This document shows positions 61,001 to 64,000 of a stretch of 64,000 bases of DNA, piece after piece. The DNA lies in contig DATLXS010000100.1 in NCBI GenBank assembly GCA_035575675.1, positions 30,259 to 94,258 on the forward strand, read 5' to 3'. Below the pieces are notes generated by a model. The model searched no databases, was not told the origin of the DNA, and saw only the letters and a list, made by a program, of their open reading frames with translations. The position numbers and the translations under genes are program-made. Positions within the stretch are counted from its first letter, which is position 1; the number at the start of each line of letters is the position of its first letter. This DNA comes from Gemmatimonadales bacterium (GTDB taxonomy: Bacteria; Gemmatimonadota; Gemmatimonadetes; Gemmatimonadales; GWC2-71-9).

Positions 61001-64000
61001 GCTGCGGCCGGCACAACAACGCCGTGGATACCGAAGATCAAGACGGCGACTTCGCGCTCGATTCACTCACCGGCGTGCGGACGTCCGAAAGCTTCGTCCG
61101 CTACGTCTTTCCGATCGGCGACCCCCGCTACTTCGTGCGTGACGGCGGCATGACCGCCGGCGCCGGCTGGCGGCTGTACCGGATTCCGTTCCGCACCGAT
61201 ACGCTGCAGGTCGGGGCGCCGAGTTTGCGCCAGGTCCAATCGCTGCGGATCACCGTCGTGGCGCCCGCGCCGACCGGCGTGGAGGCCGAGTTGCCCTTCG
61301 CGCTCGCGCGCGTGCGGCTCATCGGCAGCTCCTGGGTGAAGCGCAGCGACACGCCGCTTCCCGGAATCGCCGGCGATCGCGGCACCGGGATCGGCGAAGT
61401 CGTCGCCTCCGTCATCAGCACCGAGAATCAGGATCTGGGCTACACGTCGCCGCCCGGTGTCACTGATCAAGCCGGACAGCGCAACGCCGGGTTTCAACTC
61501 ACGGCCACCGAGATCAACGAGCGGTCGATGCGCGTGCTTGCGAGCGGACTCGGGCTGGGGCAACGCGCCGAAGCATATCTCCGCTTCAACACCGAGGGGG
61601 ACAAGAACTTCCTCAAGTATCGGACGCTGCGGGTGTGGGCGCGCGGCCGCGGCGTGGGGTGGGAAGACGGGGATCTCGAGTTCTTCATCAAGGCGGGAAA
61701 GGATCAGGACAATTTCTACATGTATCACACGCCCGCGCGCACGACGACCTGGGAGCCCGAGGTCGTCGTCCAGTTCGAGCGGTGGGTCGCGCTGCGGGCG
61801 CGGATCGAGCAGGCTTGGCTTCGCGGCGACAACCCCCAGGTCTATCCCGGCTGCCCGGACTCGAGTCTCCTGATTCCCGATTCCTCTTACGTCATGTGCG
61901 ACGGCCCCTACATCGCGCACGTGCACGATCCGGGCACCGCGCCGCCGAACCTCGCGCGCGTGCAGGAAATCGCGGCGGGCATGTGGCGGATCCAGACGGG
62001 CGTCGTGATCGATCAGGCGGAGCTGTGGGTCGACGACATCCGGTTGGGCGACGTGGTGCAGGAGACCGGCGCAGCGGGCGCGCTCGATGTCGCGGTGGCG
62101 GCGGCGGATGTCGCCGACCTGGCCATCAGCCTGTCGCGCCGCGACGGGCAGTTCCGCCAATTGACCGACGATCCCTCATACGTCACGGACAACAGTGCCA
62201 ACGTCAGCGGCACGCTGCGGGTGGATCGGTTCCTCCCCGACCGCTGGGGACTCTCCATTCCGGTGACCGTGCAGCGCACGCTCGTCTCCAGCGACCCGTT
62301 CTATCTCGCCGGCACCGACGTGCGCGGCGATGCCCTCCAGGGACTCCGCACGCCCCGCACCAGCTCGGCGAGCTACGCGTTTTCGGCCCGCCGCGTCCGT
62401 CAGGCGGCGGGCGGTCTCGCACGCTGGATGCTCGATCCGGTGTCGCTCTTCGGATCGTATACGAACGGGGATACGCGCACCTCGTTGTCCCGGGCGAGCG
62501 CGTCGAGCTACGCGCTGAATCTCGACTACACCACGGCGCCCACTGCCACGGTGACGCGCGTGGCGGGAGTGCCGCTGCGCCTCAATCCCTCACGGATCCA
62601 TTTTCGATCCGGCATCATCGGCAGCGACGCCGAGCGGTTCACCTTCGTCGTCCCGATTCAGCAGGCGGGTGACACCGCGCCGCCGGCGCTCTCGCAGACC
62701 CGGGCGTGGCAAAACTCGGGCGGCGTGCAGCTCACGCCCGTGCCGGGCATGTCGGTCGGTGTCGACGCGGTCTCGACGCGCGATCTCCGCGACTACGGCG
62801 ACTCGACGACGATGGGCCGATTGATCCGGCAGCAGCGCAGCACATTGTTCGGGAACGATGTGGGTCTCGAGACGCAGCGTCTCGTCACGACGTCGATCGC
62901 CCTCACACCCAGAATCGGAGCGTGGATCCGGCCGCGCGCGTCGCTCGGCTCGTCATTCGCGTTCAGCCGCGATCCGAACGCGCGTGAGCCGGCGCGCACG
63001 GTGGGTGACACCGCAGGCGAGTTCCGCGTACCGGCGGCGTTCACGAACGCGCGCCGGCTCGAGACCGGTGCGCAGGTCGACGCGCGGCGTCTGGCCCAGG
63101 CGGTGTTCGGCGACTCCTCGGGGCTCGCCGACTGGCTCGGTCATATCACGGGGCTCGACGTGACCTACAGTGCCCAGCAGGGGTCGAGCTTCAGCCGCGC
63201 GACCGATACGCCGCCGGCAGGCTACCAGCTGGCACTCGGCGGCTTCGGGGCGTTCCGCCAGGTGGACGGCTTGCTCGCGACCTCGGCGACGCAGACTACG
63301 ACCCTGTCGAGCGGTGGCGCAGCGGTGCTCCCGCTGGGGCTGCGCGCCAACGCCACGTATCGGATCACGCGCGGCATCCTCTGGACGCTGCGGACCGACG
63401 AGCAAGTCCCGATTCGCACCCGGGCGGAGGAATGGCCGAACGGGTCGATCAGCTGGTCGTTTACCCCGGGACGGCGGCTCGTCGGCCGGCTGTTCTCGAG
63501 CGTCACCGCCCGGGTCGGATACCGGCGGGTGGAATCGCTGAACGAGCAGCCCACATTCGGGGGAGGGGGGGGAGCGTTCGCGGGAAGCGATGTGGCGCTG
63601 AACAGCACGATCGAGAAAACGTTCACGCCGTCCGCCGCCGTGACCTGGATCGGCGGCGTGTTCACGAGCTTCGACCTGTCGCGGACGACGTCGGACCGGC
63701 TGAGCGCGGGCAATCTGTTCCGCAGTGTGCGGGATGCCCACAACGCCACCGTGACGTTCTCGTTCCGGCCGCCGACCCGAGGCCGCTGGCGGTCCAACAT
63801 CCGGACGACCGCGGGGTATTCGGTGGCCGACAACACGACGTGTCTGCAACGCGCGGGGCAGGATACCTGCGTGCCGTATGTGGACAGCCGCCAGACCCAG
63901 GCCCAGCTTACCATGGATACCGACCTTCCCACGAACATGACCGCGGGGTTGCAGATGGCATACGTGCTCAACGAGGAGCGCCAATCGAACCGCAAGATCT
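58045..64000 (+). CDS. sprA: SprA-like giant outer-membrane protein (T9SS translocon family), 3'-truncated at window edge; not in supplied ORF track
   Basis: The frame is open from ATG 58045 to nt 64000 in every spot translation. Signal peptide MRRLAQLVGLALTLVVPRVHAQ. Blocks LELKADQFRN, HVWYEGLEDEVLRRVEAGNVTFQAP, FGIQAIAQVGPLELRGILAQQKGN and ELWVDDIRLGDV resemble SprA. Confidence 0.8.
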   Translation, partial: MRRLAQLVGLALTLVVPRVHAQAPVYTFGVPPLAPPRHPALAPGGRLGARVPPALVAQAWAERVLARRRPVLSPPFAALSPPSAAAVNAAPSPPLAAAPNAELGMQLNLRLELKADQFRNLRCTSQEVQLTLSGCNSGFPTITPNPQYAIRSAGVVGERLHVDVDFDSQREFDANNNLHVWYEGLEDEVLRRVEAGNVTFQAPPSRFITAQVPANNFGIQAIAQVGPLELRGILAQQKGNIVKDRFYSVGDVTSQPLDREARDLDYESGRFFFVIDPAAVPGYPALDILQLDQIPRPDSLTVGALRVYRRRAVAPSATGNQNVGGVRAVACAPGLRAVDCSIQREGPFEWEILQEGKDYYVDPTGTWFALANRLDQSDYLAASYISASRTDSVGTFPVDARSDTAVVDTLRLLYDPKPAVTAASPTFRFEIRSAYRVGGREIDRTSVALTLSVNQRERGAGGDTYLQRLGLALQNDGTLFDQYNRLFPRTRDPNQGDPVRDLFIVFPHLIPFADSTRLSATERNDSLYRTPRAYLATQGPPSVFALRLHADATASPDRSLLSLNSFQIREGSERLYLGTRLLTRETDYTIDYTTGQVQFKNPDALFQGGSAQIRAQFEERAAFSLAPTTTYGLSARYDLGAVGQVNLLGIFQNEQSTYTRPPLGFEPSSGFIGGISTELRFQPEWITRLMNALPGVHTTVPSALSVNGELAISKPSPNRFGQAYIEEFEGGDARSISLADNTWHWSSIPTSVRGVEPLGFTTAFDPNQAAFLTWQSLPYQQSGGQLAPLQFLPQQIDPTLRFTGQTQAAEPVLWLTLKPDSILGLANTAGIPNWTRAPQNAPRWRSITQTLSATGVDLSRVEFLELWVWEDAPRTARANGTTLLFDFGSVFEDALAFVPETVKVSLAGDTSYAGVRRVGAGRLDSERDPRTQTWSATLNDEGILSDRLVDGIFDATRGAVVDTLPLCSATQNGQFVPFTFGDLRSRCGRHNNAVDTEDQDGDFALDSLTGVRTSESFVRYVFPIGDPRYFVRDGGMTAGAGWRLYRIPFRTDTLQVGAPSLRQVQSLRITVVAPAPTGVEAELPFALARVRLIGSSWVKRSDTPLPGIAGDRGTGIGEVVASVISTENQDLGYTSPPGVTDQAGQRNAGFQLTATEINERSMRVLASGLGLGQRAEAYLRFNTEGDKNFLKYRTLRVWARGRGVGWEDGDLEFFIKAGKDQDNFYMYHTPARTTTWEPEVVVQFERWVALRARIEQAWLRGDNPQVYPGCPDSSLLIPDSSYVMCDGPYIAHVHDPGTAPPNLARVQEIAAGMWRIQTGVVIDQAELWVDDIRLGDVVQETGAAGALDVAVAAADVADLAISLSRRDGQFRQLTDDPSYVTDNSANVSGTLRVDRFLPDRWGLSIPVTVQRTLVSSDPFYLAGTDVRGDALQGLRTPRTSSASYAFSARRVRQAAGGLARWMLDPVSLFGSYTNGDTRTSLSRASASSYALNLDYTTAPTATVTRVAGVPLRLNPSRIHFRSGIIGSDAERFTFVVPIQQAGDTAPPALSQTRAWQNSGGVQLTPVPGMSVGVDAVSTRDLRDYGDSTTMGRLIRQQRSTLFGNDVGLETQRLVTTSIALTPRIGAWIRPRASLGSSFAFSRDPNAREPARTVGDTAGEFRVPAAFTNARRLETGAQVDARRLAQAVFGDSSGLADWLGHITGLDVTYSAQQGSSFSRATDTPPAGYQLALGGFGAFRQVDGLLATSATQTTTLSSGGAAVLPLGLRANATYRITRGILWTLRTDEQVPIRTRAEEWPNGSISWSFTPGRRLVGRLFSSVTARVGYRRVESLNEQPTFGGGGGAFAGSDVALNSTIEKTFTPSAAVTWIGGVFTSFDLSRTTSDRLSAGNLFRSVRDAHNATVTFSFRPPTRGRWRSNIRTTAGYSVADNTTCLQRAGQDTCVPYVDSRQTQAQLTMDTDLPTNMTAGLQMAYVLNEERQSNRKI
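58261..58302 (+). repeat. short tandem repeat (TCGCCGCCCT-like x3 then GCC run) in the sprA-like 5' region
   Basis: tcgccgccct tcgccgccct t tcgccgccct ccgccgccgccg. Confidence 0.7.

Noticed and set aside
59479-63995. Series of long minus-strand ORFs (520, 365, 343, 257 aa) and many short plus-strand ORFs
   Set aside because: All lie within, or antisense to, the single long SprA-like frame that is open to the window end. Their sequences are low-complexity and Arg/Pro-rich.

Overview
GC-rich bacterial chromosomal window, densely coding on both strands. I call about 66 protein genes, many joined by 1-14 nt start/stop overlaps. I recognised no rRNA, tRNA, CRISPR array, transposase, integrase or phage gene. 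The gene content (SusC/SusD pair, Oar-like TonB-dependent receptor, LptF/G pair, SprA, NagB-LmbE fusion, several ECF sigma factors) suggests a high-GC FCB-group organism such as Gemmatimonadota; this is inference only. Content in order: a 5'-truncated LigD operon (LigD, alpha/beta hydrolase, EVE protein); envelope and stress genes; an OmpR/HK pair; NagB-LmbE; PruA; small Zn/Fe-S proteins; an ECF sigma with a CBM48-type anti-sigma; ArgJ; DsbA-VKOR; Acs; STAS-REC-ccmABCD; hemD-hemC-hemB; aquaporin; an ECF sigma/ZAS operon carrying lipid and isoprenoid tailoring genes; V4R-M24; CtaA; SusC/SusD; an APC permease; an Oar-like TBDR; LptF/G; and a 3'-truncated SprA-like gene. The SprA-like gene is missing from the supplied ORF track because it has no stop codon inside the window. 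The 36-aa ccmD is also missing from the track. The most noteworthy observations are: (1) a seven- to eight-gene translationally chained operon headed by an RsrA-type redox ECF switch, with an unusual cargo (DUF92, GGR-like flavoprotein, flavin reductase, SRPBCC, stand-alone KAS II, aquaporin); (2) STAS and receiver genes fused to a partial System I heme-export operon; (3) a 29-bp heptad-built hairpin that holds the lptF/lptG stop-start overlap in its loop; (4) two families of structured intergenic repeats. Start codons were chosen by eye from RBS position and homology expectations, and they are the least certain coordinates. All family assignments come from motif recognition by memory, not from searches.
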